From: Anaerolineae bacterium
GTDB taxonomy: Bacteria; Chloroflexota; Anaerolineae; Promineifilales; Promineifilaceae
Assembly (NCBI GenBank): GCA_020848035.1
Contig: JADLAX010000026.1
Span: 256,180 to 320,179, forward strand
DNA: 64,000 bases
Reading direction: 5' to 3'
Positions 19,001-27,222 of the stretch are shown piece after piece. A program made the translations under genes and the position numbers. How positions within the stretch are numbered: position 1 is the first letter of the stretch; every line of letters starts with the position of its first letter. The notes under the pieces were generated by a model. That model did no database searches. It was given only the letters and a program-made list of their open reading frames with translations, and was not told the origin of the DNA.

Positions 19001-19266
19001 TTACGGCAGTTTTCCCTTTGTCCATTTTCACCACCAACTCTATAATTTTGGTGAGAGGAAATCACGATCATTTTGGACATGATGTTAACCAACCATTTCA
19101 CCTGAGGCAGGCACGTAGGCGTCGGGCGACGCCTTTGGCCAAACCACGTCGGTTGCCCCCGGTTACCTTTGCCTTCCTGACTTCCCTCTGGATGCCATTT
19201 GCGACCGCTGTCAGCTGATGTTGGCAGCGGTTTTTTGTTGTCTGCCTCCAACCCAAAGGAGGCTGA

Positions 19267-19671
19267 ATGGAAATCCATTCACTGCGATTACACCCCCATC
19301 AAGATCTAAAAGTTGAGCTGGACAACTGGGCCACCGCCCACGCCGTAGAAGCGGCTTGCGTGCTGACCTGCGTCGGCAGCCTGCGGCGGGCGGTGCTGCG
19401 CTACGCCAACCAGCCCGAAGGCACCGAGCTGGACGGCAAGTTTGAGATTGTGGCCCTCACCGGCACGCTGTCGCGGCATGGTTCGCATTACCATGTGGCG
19501 CTGTCGGATGGAAACGGCCGTACCATCGGCGGCCATCTGCTGGAAGGGTGCCACATCTACACCACCGCCGAAATTGTCCTCGGCGTGCTGCCAGACGTGC
19601 GCTTCCTGCGCCTGCCAGACGCCGCCACCGGCTACGACGAGCTGTACATTGCAGCGGACAAAACCGTTTAA
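19267..19671 (+). CDS. PPC (DUF296) domain protein
   Basis: AAGGAGG RBS. SLRRAVLRY..FEIVALTGTLS..HYHVALSDGNGRTIGGHLLEG matches the PPC/DUF296 pattern. Confidence 0.75.
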   Translation: MEIHSLRLHPHQDLKVELDNWATAHAVEAACVLTCVGSLRRAVLRYANQPEGTELDGKFEIVALTGTLSRHGSHYHVALSDGNGRTIGGHLLEGCHIYTTAEIVLGVLPDVRFLRLPDAATGYDELYIAADKTV

Positions 19672-19697
19672 GCTTTTTGGGATTTCATGTGGGGCAA

Positions 19698-19753
19698 CGT
19701 GATGCGTGATGCGTGATACGTGACCAGAGGTGCATCACGCATCACGCATCACG
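19698..19753. repeat. Simple-repeat hairpin, (GTGATGC)n arms
   Basis: CGTGATGCGTGATGCGTGAT (19698..19717) pairs with ATCACGCATCACGCATCACG (19734..19753). 20-bp perfect stem. Confidence 0.9.
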
Positions 19754-19810
19754 CGCTCACTTCCATGAATACCTGAAGCCTTAAAAATTTTTCGACAACA
19801 GGAGAAAAAA

Positions 19811-20410
19811 ATGAACTTCAAAGACCGTTTACAACAAGATTTTTCCACGATGACGCTGGTGCTCATCCCCGTGGCGATTGTGCTAAACATCGTTGTGGGG
19901 CAAATTGCTAGCTCGCTCAGCCTGCCCATTTTCCTCGATTCCATCGGCACGGTGCTGATTGCCCTGCTGGCGGGTCCATGGGTGGGGGCGCTCACCGGGC
20001 TGCTCACCAACCTGATCTGGGGGCTGATTAGCGACCCAATCACTGCCGCGTTTGCTCCGGTGGCGATGGTGATTGGTCTGGTGGCCGGGCTGCTGGCCCG
20101 CGCCGGGCTGTTCCGCCAATGGTGGCAGGCGCTCATCAGCGGGGCGATTATTGCCATTGCCCTGTCGTTTGTGGCCGTGCCGATTCGGGTGTACATGTTT
20201 GGCGGCGTCACCGGCAGCGGGGCCGATTTTGTGACGGCTTACCTGCTGGCCGTCGGGCGCGATCTGTTCAGCTCGGTGATTATCACGGTGATCACGTCTA
20301 ATTTGTTGGACAAGGTGGTAACGGCCGTTCTCGCCTGGGCCATCGTGAAAGCATTGTCCAAACGGTTTGTGGCGCGGTTTCCCCGGGCAACGGCCGTTGT
20401 CGGCAATTAG
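19811..20410 (+). CDS. ECF transporter S (substrate-capture) component, substrate unknown
   Basis: About 6 TM segments, 199 aa, immediately upstream of ecfT-ecfA-ecfA'. AGGAGA RBS. Confidence 0.7.
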   Translation: MNFKDRLQQDFSTMTLVLIPVAIVLNIVVGQIASSLSLPIFLDSIGTVLIALLAGPWVGALTGLLTNLIWGLISDPITAAFAPVAMVIGLVAGLLARAGLFRQWWQALISGAIIAIALSFVAVPIRVYMFGGVTGSGADFVTAYLLAVGRDLFSSVIITVITSNLLDKVVTAVLAWAIVKALSKRFVARFPRATAVVGN

Positions 20411-20424
20411 CAAAGTGTGGTTGT

Positions 20425-20457
20425 AGATTGGACCATTTTTGCAAAATGGTCCAATCT
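20425..20457. repeat. Extended AGATTGGACC..GGTCCAATCT hairpin
   Basis: AGATTGGACCATTTT-TGC-AAAATGGTCCAATCT, 15-bp perfect stem between ecfS and ecfT. Confidence 0.85.
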
Positions 20458-20467
20458 TACTGCTGTC

Positions 20468-21238
20468 ATGACCCTTTATCTAGCTACCAACGGGCCGCTG
20501 CACCGGCTGCACCCGCTCACCAAGCTGACCGGGCTGTTCACGGTGCTGACGGCTGCCCTGCTGGGGCCAAACGTCTGGCTGCCGCTGGGGCTGTTTTTTG
20601 TTGAATGGCTGCTGGCGGTGTGGGGTGGCGTGGGGCGCAGTTGGCTGGGGCGGAACGGCCGTATCCTGCTCCCCCTCATCGTCATGCTGTTTGTGATCCA
20701 CGGCTTCTTCAACCCCAACGGCCAAACGCCATTGCTCACCCTCTGGCGGCTGACGCTGACGCAGGAGGGCGTGGCCTACGCCCTGTTGCTCAGCAGCCGC
20801 CTGGCGGCAATCGTGGGGGCGGCGCTGCTGCTGCTGCTCACCACCCACCCCGGCGATCTGCTGACGGCGCTCACCCAGCGCGGCCTGCCCCCGGCGCTGG
20901 CCTACATCATCAGCAGCACGCTGTACATCTTGCCGCAGATGCAAAGCAAGGCGACGGCCATCATGCAGGCGCAGCAGGCGCGCGGGCTGGAGACGGAAGG
21001 GTCGCTGTGGCGACGGGCGCGGGCGCTGCTGCCGCTGCTGGCTCCGCTGGTGCTCGGCGCGTTGGTCGATAGCGAAGAGCGGGCAATTGCCCTGGAATCG
21101 CGCGGTTTTCGCGTGCGCGGCCCCAAAAGCTCGCTGGTGGAACTGCCCGATTCCCCTGGCCAGCGCTGGCTGCGCAGGGGGCTGCTGTTAGGCATTCTTT
21201 TGCTCATAGGATGGCGAATATGGCGCTTGTTCACATAA
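20468..21238 (+). CDS. ecfT: ECF transporter transmembrane component EcfT (CbiQ family)
   Basis: Coupling motifs QQARGLE and ALESRGF. The ORF track start 20417 overlaps a hairpin repeat, so I prefer ATG 20468. Confidence 0.85.
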   Translation: MTLYLATNGPLHRLHPLTKLTGLFTVLTAALLGPNVWLPLGLFFVEWLLAVWGGVGRSWLGRNGRILLPLIVMLFVIHGFFNPNGQTPLLTLWRLTLTQEGVAYALLLSSRLAAIVGAALLLLLTTHPGDLLTALTQRGLPPALAYIISSTLYILPQMQSKATAIMQAQQARGLETEGSLWRRARALLPLLAPLVLGALVDSEERAIALESRGFRVRGPKSSLVELPDSPGQRWLRRGLLLGILLLIGWRIWRLFT

Positions 21239-22065
21239 CGGATCTCACTTACCGGTATCCGCAAACGGCCGTTCCTGCCCTACAAACCATCAGCTTCAGC
21301 GTGGCGCCGGGGGAGTTTGTGGCCATTATCGGGGCCAACGATGCGGGCAAATCGACCCTGTGTTACGCGCTGACTGGCTACGTGCCCCACTTTTTTCAGG
21401 GGCAGATGGACGGCAGCGTGCAGGTGGCGGGGTTGGAGACGAGGGAACGGCCGTTACCAGAACTGGTGACCCAAGCTGGACTCGTCTTCCAAAACCCAAC
21501 CACGCAAATGTCCGGCGTGCGCGACACGGTGCGCGGCGAGGTGGGCTTTGGCCTGGAAAACCTGGGCGTGCCCCGCGCCGAGATGCACACCCGCATCGCC
21601 GAGGCGCTGGAAATTACCGGCACCACCGATTTGGCGGAGCGCCACCCCCGCGAACTTTCTGGCGGGCAGCAGCAGCGCGTGGCCCTTGCGGCGATGCTGG
21701 CGATGCGCCCCCAGCTGCTGGTGCTGGACGAGCCCACGGCGCAGCTGGACCCGGTGGGCAGTCGAGAACTGTTTGCCGCCCTGCAGCGGCTCAGCCGCAC
21801 CGGGCTGACGCTGGTGCTGGCCACGCACAAGCTGGAATGGGCCGCCGCCTACGCCGACCGTCTGCTGCTGCTGCACAAAGGTCGGTTGGTGCAGCAAGGT
21901 ACGCCGCAGGAGCTGCTCACCCAGCCAAACTTGGTCGAATGGGGCATTGCGCCGCTGCCGTTTACGGAAGCCGCCCGGCAGGCGCGGGACGAGGGGTTGT
22001 GGGATCGGGAACGGCCGTTGCCTATCACCCTGGCCGACGCCATTGCCGGGTTTTTAGAAATGTGA
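21211..22065 (+). CDS. ecfA: ECF transporter ATPase component A
   Basis: Walker A GANDAGKST, signature LSGGQQQRV, Walker B LLVLDEPT. Overlaps the ecfT stop. Confidence 0.9.
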   Translation: MANMALVHITDLTYRYPQTAVPALQTISFSVAPGEFVAIIGANDAGKSTLCYALTGYVPHFFQGQMDGSVQVAGLETRERPLPELVTQAGLVFQNPTTQMSGVRDTVRGEVGFGLENLGVPRAEMHTRIAEALEITGTTDLAERHPRELSGGQQQRVALAAMLAMRPQLLVLDEPTAQLDPVGSRELFAALQRLSRTGLTLVLATHKLEWAAAYADRLLLLHKGRLVQQGTPQELLTQPNLVEWGIAPLPFTEAARQARDEGLWDRERPLPITLADAIAGFLEM

Positions 22066-22133
22066 GGAGATTGGAGATTAGAGATTGGAGATTAGGGAGC
22101 GGCCCAATCTCCAATCTCTAATCTCCAATCTCC
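22066..22133. repeat. Simple-repeat hairpin, (GGAGATT)n arms
   Basis: Left arm 22066..22093 GGAGATTGGAGATTAGAGATTGGAGATT. Right arm 22106..22133 is its exact reverse complement. 12-nt loop. Starts 1 nt after the ecfA stop. Confidence 0.9.
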
Positions 22134-22165
22134 CGTAAAAATGCCTAAACCGTGAGTAAATTGTT

Positions 22166-22993
22166 ATGGACATTGTGATTGACCAAATCCAGTATCGCTA
22201 CCCCAATGGCGTCACCGCCCTGGCAGATGTGTCGCTGCGGGTGGCGGCGGGGGAGCAGGTGGCCATCGTCGGGCAGAACGGGTCGGGCAAGACGACGTTG
22301 GCGAAGCAGTTGAACGGGCTGTTACGGCCGTCTTCCGGCCAGGTGCAGATTGGCGATTGGCAAACGTACGGGCACAGCGTGGCCCAGCTGGCGCGGCGGG
22401 TCGGCTACCTGTTCCAGCACCCCGACGAGCAGCTTTTCCAGCGCACCGTGGCCGCCGAGCTGGCCTTTGGCCCGCGCAATCTGGGCTTCGACGCCACGCG
22501 CACCGCCGCACTGGTGACGGAAGCGCTGCACAGTTTGGCGTTAACGGCCGTTGCTCAGGAAAACCCCTATGATCTCAGCCTGGCCTGGCGCAAGCGGGTG
22601 GCCCTGGCCGCCGTCCTGGCGATGGACACGCCCATCCTGGTGCTGGACGAACCGACGACGGGGCAGGATGCCCGCTTCCAGGCGCTGCTGGCTGGCCTGC
22701 TGGTCCGCTGGCGGCAGGCGGGCAAAACAGTCATCGCCATCAGCCATGACATGGAATTTGTGGCGGCAAACTTTACCCGGCTGGTGGTGCTGCACGCGGG
22801 GCGAGTGCTGCGCGATGGCTTGACGGCAGAGGTGGTAGGGGAAACGGCCGTTCTCCAGCAAACTCAGGTTGAACCCCCGGCAATCACCCGGCTCGCCCAG
22901 GGGCTGAATCTGCCGCAAACCGTCTGGACCATCCCTGATTTTTTAGAGGTGTGGCGGGGAAACGGCCGTGCCCCAAAAGTGGATGGTGGTTAG
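22166..22993 (+). CDS. ecfA: ECF transporter ATPase component A'
   Basis: Walker A GQNGSGKTT, Walker B ILVLDEPT, degenerate signature LSLAWRKRV. Confidence 0.85.
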   Translation: MDIVIDQIQYRYPNGVTALADVSLRVAAGEQVAIVGQNGSGKTTLAKQLNGLLRPSSGQVQIGDWQTYGHSVAQLARRVGYLFQHPDEQLFQRTVAAELAFGPRNLGFDATRTAALVTEALHSLALTAVAQENPYDLSLAWRKRVALAAVLAMDTPILVLDEPTTGQDARFQALLAGLLVRWRQAGKTVIAISHDMEFVAANFTRLVVLHAGRVLRDGLTAEVVGETAVLQQTQVEPPAITRLAQGLNLPQTVWTIPDFLEVWRGNGRAPKVDGG

Positions 22994-23022
22994 TGGCTGT
23001 CTTGCCAGCCACCAGCCACTAA
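22990..23022. repeat. Hairpin overlapping the ecfA' stop
   Basis: TTAGTGGCTG (22990..22999) pairs with CAGCCACTAA (23013..23022). Confidence 0.6.
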
Positions 23023-23034
23023 CAATTATCAGGA

Positions 23035-23091
23035 ATTTCCCCGGAAACCGCCTGCAAGTGAAATGTTCTGGTGAACAGTTTCCGGGGAAAT
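23035..23091. repeat. ATTTCCCCGGAAAC inverted repeat
   Basis: ATTTCCCCGGAAAC (23035..23048) pairs with GTTTCCGGGGAAAT (23078..23091), between convergent ecfA' and gabD. Confidence 0.8.
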
Positions 23092-23094
23092 GGG

Positions 23095-24543
23095 CTAAAT
23101 CCCCCCCATACACAAATATTTCACTTCCAGGTACTCCTCAATGCCATACTTCGACCCCTCACGGCCGATACCCGACTCCTTGACGCCGCCAAACGGAGCC
23201 ACCGGCGTCGAAATGGTGCCGGTGTTGATACCCACCATGCCGTACTCCAGCGCCTCGGCCACGCGCCAGACGCGGCCAACGTCACGCGCGTAAAAGTAAG
23301 CGGCCAGGCCGTAGGGCGTATCGTTGGCCAGGGCAATCACTTCCTCATCGCTGTCGAAGCGGTAGAGGGGTGACACGGGGCCGAAGATTTCCTCATGGGC
23401 CATCTGCATGTGCCGCGTTGCCCCGGTGAGCACGGTGGGTTCGTAAAAGGTGCCGCCCAGCTCGTGGCGTGCGCCGCCCAGCGCCACCGTCGCCCCATTT
23501 TCGACCGCGTTGGCCACCAGCGACTCCACTTTTTCCAGGGCCGCCTGGTTGATCAGCGGGCCAACGTCCACGGCGCTCATGCCTGGCCCCACCTTCAGCC
23601 CGGCCACGGCGGCGCGGTATTTTTGGGCAAAGGTATCGTAAACGGCCGTTTGCACAAAAAAGCGGTTGGTGGCAATGCAGGTCTGGCCACCGTTGCGGTA
23701 TTTGGCGGCGATGGCTCCCTCGACGGCCGCGTCAATGTCGGCATCATCAAACACGATAAACGGCGCGTTGCCCCCCAGCTCAAACGACACCTTCTTCATC
23801 GTGTCGGCCGACTGGCGCATCAGCAGCTTGCCAATCTCGGTGGAGCCGGTGAATGACAGCTTGCGCACGGTTGGGTTGCTGGTGAGTTCATTGCCGACGG
23901 GGACGGGGTCAACGGCCGTAACCACGTTCAGCACCCCGGCGGGCAGTCCCGCCCGCGCCGCCAGTTCGGCCAGCGCCAGGGCGGAGAGCGGCGTATCTTC
24001 GGCGGGTTTGATGACCACGGTGCAGCCCGCCGCCAGCGCCGGGGCCACCTTGCGGGTGATCATCGCGTTGGGGAAATTCCAGGGGGTAATGGCCGCCACC
24101 ACGCCCACCGGCTGCTTGATGGCCAGGATGCGCTTGTCCGCCGCGTGGGCGGGGATGACATCGCCATACACCCGCTTCGCCTCCTCGGCAAACCATTCAA
24201 CAAACCCGGCCCCGTAGCGAATTTCGGCTTTGGCCTCGGCCAGGGGCTTGCCCATTTCGGTGGTCAGCAGCACCGCCAGGTCGTCAATTTCGGCCAGCAT
24301 CAAGTCATGCCAGCGGCGCAAAATGTTGGCCCGCTCCGACGCCAGCAGGCTGCGCCAGCCGGGCAGCGCCTGTCCAGCGGCGGCAATGGCGCGCCGCGTC
24401 TCGGCCGCCCCCATCGCAGGCACCTCGACGATGGTTTCACCCGTCGCCGGGTTGAGCACGGGGTACGTCTCGCCGCTGTCAGCTGCGGTCCACTGCCCAT
24501 TGATGTACGCTTCGGTTTTGAGTAAATTTTTGTTCGTCAGCAT
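23095..24543 (-). CDS. gabD: NAD(P)-dependent succinate-semialdehyde dehydrogenase (aldehyde dehydrogenase family)
   Basis: FTGSTEIGK, ELGGNAP, catalytic Cys in GGQTCIATNR. GGAG lies 8-9 nt before ATG 24543, and the track start 24555 abuts the brnA stop. Confidence 0.9.
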   Translation of the reverse strand: MLTNKNLLKTEAYINGQWTAADSGETYPVLNPATGETIVEVPAMGAAETRRAIAAAGQALPGWRSLLASERANILRRWHDLMLAEIDDLAVLLTTEMGKPLAEAKAEIRYGAGFVEWFAEEAKRVYGDVIPAHAADKRILAIKQPVGVVAAITPWNFPNAMITRKVAPALAAGCTVVIKPAEDTPLSALALAELAARAGLPAGVLNVVTAVDPVPVGNELTSNPTVRKLSFTGSTEIGKLLMRQSADTMKKVSFELGGNAPFIVFDDADIDAAVEGAIAAKYRNGGQTCIATNRFFVQTAVYDTFAQKYRAAVAGLKVGPGMSAVDVGPLINQAALEKVESLVANAVENGATVALGGARHELGGTFYEPTVLTGATRHMQMAHEEIFGPVSPLYRFDSDEEVIALANDTPYGLAAYFYARDVGRVWRVAEALEYGMVGINTGTISTPVAPFGGVKESGIGREGSKYGIEEYLEVKYLCMGGI

Positions 24544-24555
24544 TATTTTCTCCAT

Positions 24556-24861
24556 TCAGTCGTTGTCGGTACGGTATTCGGCTCTGGCCTCGGCAACGGC
24601 CGTTGCCAGCACCTCATCCTGTACTCCCTGCCGCCGCAAACTTTCCACCAATCGGGACAGCTCGGTCGCCTGATCCAGTCGCTCCAAGTCAGCCCGCAGC
24701 CCCTGCCCAATGTACGCCCGCACCAGCGGTTGGTACCCAGAAAAACCGAGCAGCGGCGCAACCCGCTTCAGCTCCTCAACCACATCTTCCGGCATCCGAA
24801 TACTCACCATCACTTTTTTGCGATTTGGCTGCAGCCTTGTCTTCAATTTATCCACGCTCAT
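24556..24861 (-). CDS. brnA: BrnA-like antitoxin
   Basis: 101 aa. Overlaps the upstream BrnT-like gene by 14 nt. MVSIRMPEDVVEELKRVA.. RHH-like segment. Confidence 0.7.
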   Translation of the reverse strand: MSVDKLKTRLQPNRKKVMVSIRMPEDVVEELKRVAPLLGFSGYQPLVRAYIGQGLRADLERLDQATELSRLVESLRRQGVQDEVLATAVAEARAEYRTDND

Positions 24862-25144
24862 ACCGTTTCCTCTCGCTGTTTGTTGCCAATCTTGCCGAGA
24901 TTAGGCGAATATTTTCGTCACGCCAGACGAAGGCAACAAATATAACCTGCCAGTTCTTAGTCATACCAAGCGCATGATGCCGCAGTTCACCCTCTTCGAG
25001 TTTGTCCTCTACTGCCATTAAAAAGGGATCGAAGAACAGTTCAACGGCCGTTCGAAAATCAAAGCCATGTTTTTTAGCATTAGCAAACGCTTTGTCAGCA
25101 TCCCATTCAAAGTTTATTCCTTGAGAATGAAATTTTACATCCAT
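24848..25144 (-). CDS. brnT: BrnT-like (DUF497) ribonuclease toxin
   Basis: FEWDADKAFANAKKHGFDFRTAVELFFDP..IRLISAR is the DUF497/BrnT pattern. Confidence 0.8.
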   Translation of the reverse strand: MDVKFHSQGINFEWDADKAFANAKKHGFDFRTAVELFFDPFLMAVEDKLEEGELRHHALGMTKNWQVIFVAFVWRDENIRLISARLATNSERKRYERG

Positions 25145-25182
25145 GACATTCTATGATTTCGTATTGACAATGTCAATACACT

Positions 25183-27222
25183 TTATTCTTCAACGATGAT
25201 AGTAGTCAATAAATAGGCATCCGTTGCGCCATCTGGGGTAGTAATGGGCAGGCGGTTGGTGGGGTTGGCCAGATCGTAGAGACCGAGCAGGAGGCGGTAG
25301 CTGCCGGGTGGCAAATCGCTGGGCAGGAGCAGGCCGTGATTATCCAGCACCACTGTGCCGGGCGGCCAGGTGGTGGTGAGGGCCAGGCCGCCGCCCGGTT
25401 CGCTGTCGCGCTGGCTGACCAGGTTACCATTTTCATCCAGCAGGTGCAGGAACACTTTGTAGCGGTTTTGGAGGGGTACGGCCGTTTCCCAAAACAGCGT
25501 CACCTCCACAATATCACCCGGTTGCAGGATTGTTTCACCCAAAGTGTAGCCATCTAGCACGATATTTTCGCCAAAGGGGAGGGAAACGGCCGTTGCCATC
25601 TCGGTGGCGGGCGCAGAGGGTACGGCGTAGGTGACAAAACGCACGTCGCCAACCCACTCGTCGGTGGCTTTGAAGGCGTGGGCGTCCAGCCAGCGCTCAA
25701 CCAGCCGTTCGGGATCGCGCTGCGCCTCGCCCCAGAAGATAGCGTAAATGCGGTTGTGCTGGGCGGCAATCTGGCTGAGGGCGGCGTCGATGTCGGCGGG
25801 ATTGGGGCGGCTGCGGCCCTCTGGCAGGGGAAAGACGTTGCCGTCGTCGGGGAAGTAGTAGGTGAACGCTTCCCACTGGTTGGCGGCGTTCAAAATGATA
25901 CCCGCATCGGGATGATCTTCGGCCAGAATGCGCTGGGCCATGGCGCGGTAATCGGCCCGGGCGTAGGCCGGATCGGCGTACATGTTTTGCAGCGATTGGA
26001 GCATGCCCCACGGCAGCACTAGCAGCAGCACGCCCGCCAGCAGGCGAAAGCCGCGCTGGTTGGTTTCCGTCAGCGCAGCCCCCAGCCAGATTGCCCAGAA
26101 CGGCACAGCGACCATCAAAAATTTGTAATATTCGCGGCCCGTCGTGCCGGTGGCATACATCATGACCAGCGGAATGAGCACGCCCAAAACGGGCAAGATG
26201 AGTTTAGACCGGGCGTACACCAACCCAATCCCCAACAAACCAGCCACCAGCCACAATAAACTCGCTTCTGGTTCAATTGTCTGGCCAAAGGTGAGGAAGT
26301 GGGCAACGGCCGTAACCAACTCCCCCACCCCCGGCCGGTTAATCGGATCACTGCCAAACTGGACCCAAAATGTGGGCAGCCAGGGCGCATAAAGCAGCAG
26401 CGTGGCCAGCATGAGGAAGGACCAATGCTTAATGGTTAATGGGAAATGGTTACTGGTTAATGGTTTGGGCAAGGATTGGATAATTTTGATGAGGACAAAC
26501 AGATTGTGGACGAGGAGGACGGCGGGGAAAAAGTAGTGCGTGTACAACCCCGCCGCCGCACACAGCACATACGCGCCACCCCACCACCATTGCCGATTAC
26601 CGCTCACCGATAACCGATTACCGATTACCGACCACCAGCGCAGCAGCAAAACCGTCGACAGCACCGCCCACAAACCCAGCAGCGCATACATTCGTGTTTC
26701 CTGGCTGTAATACACCAGCCCTGGATTGATAGCGACCAACCCCGCCGCCACCAAGCCCAATCTCTGTGCCCCTCTGTGCCGCCTCTGCGTAACTCTGTGT
26801 TCCGCTTTTTCCTGTTGCTGAAGCGGCCGTTTCGACACGCTCAACGCCCTTCCCAGTACAAACGTCAACGGCACCACCAACAACCCGGCAAACACGGACA
26901 GCGAACGCAGGCCAAATTCGCTGTCGCCCGCCAGCTTGCGCCACTGGTGCAGCAGCAGGTAGTAAAGCGGCGGATGAATGTCGCTGGCGGTGCCCTCGAT
27001 AATGAGCGGGATGGAGCGCTCGCTCAGCCGGGCGCTGTTCCCCTCATCATTCCAAAACGACTGCACTTCCAGATTATGCACCTGCAGTCCAAACGCCAGC
27101 AGCAAAATCGCCACCAGAAGATATTGCTTAGCCACAGAGGGCACAGAGAAATGAGAGATTTTGGGTTTTTTCTCTGCGATCTCCGCGTCCTCTGCGGTGA
27201 AATCTTTAGGCTTCAGGTTCAT
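25183..27222 (-). CDS. GT39/ArnT-like membrane glycosyltransferase with C-terminal soluble domain
   Basis: FWNDEGNSARLSER..DIHPPLYYLLLHQW and more than 10 TM segments. Carries in-frame simple-repeat insertions (see findings). Overlaps the upstream GH gene by 17 nt. Confidence 0.8.
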   Translation of the reverse strand: MNLKPKDFTAEDAEIAEKKPKISHFSVPSVAKQYLLVAILLLAFGLQVHNLEVQSFWNDEGNSARLSERSIPLIIEGTASDIHPPLYYLLLHQWRKLAGDSEFGLRSLSVFAGLLVVPLTFVLGRALSVSKRPLQQQEKAEHRVTQRRHRGAQRLGLVAAGLVAINPGLVYYSQETRMYALLGLWAVLSTVLLLRWWSVIGNRLSVSGNRQWWWGGAYVLCAAAGLYTHYFFPAVLLVHNLFVLIKIIQSLPKPLTSNHFPLTIKHWSFLMLATLLLYAPWLPTFWVQFGSDPINRPGVGELVTAVAHFLTFGQTIEPEASLLWLVAGLLGIGLVYARSKLILPVLGVLIPLVMMYATGTTGREYYKFLMVAVPFWAIWLGAALTETNQRGFRLLAGVLLLVLPWGMLQSLQNMYADPAYARADYRAMAQRILAEDHPDAGIILNAANQWEAFTYYFPDDGNVFPLPEGRSRPNPADIDAALSQIAAQHNRIYAIFWGEAQRDPERLVERWLDAHAFKATDEWVGDVRFVTYAVPSAPATEMATAVSLPFGENIVLDGYTLGETILQPGDIVEVTLFWETAVPLQNRYKVFLHLLDENGNLVSQRDSEPGGGLALTTTWPPGTVVLDNHGLLLPSDLPPGSYRLLLGLYDLANPTNRLPITTPDGATDAYLLTTIIVEE
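26424..26465. repeat. Six AATGGTT-type heptamers (42 nt) inside the GT39-like CDS
   Basis: AATGCTT AATGGTT AATGGGA AATGGTT ACTGGTT AATGGTT. Translated as ..LTSNHFPLTIKHW.. Confidence 0.85.
26594..26635. repeat. Six CGATTAC-type heptamers (42 nt) inside the GT39-like CDS
   Basis: CGATTAC CGCTCAC CGATAAC CGATTAC CGATTAC CGACCAC. Translated on the minus strand as ..SVIGNRLSVSGNR.. Confidence 0.85.
27133..27197. repeat. CACAGAG / CTCTGCG element forming the 5' end of the GT39-like ORF
   Basis: CACAGAGGGCACAGAGA ... TCTCTGCGATCTCCGCGTCCTCTGCGG. Related CTCTGTG decamers at 26761..26800, also inside the ORF. Confidence 0.7.

Noticed and set aside
19672-19810. Riboswitch upstream of the ECF S component
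   Set aside because: The spacer is dominated by the (GTGATGC)n hairpin. I could not recognise a TPP, FMN, THF, cobalamin or preQ1 core.
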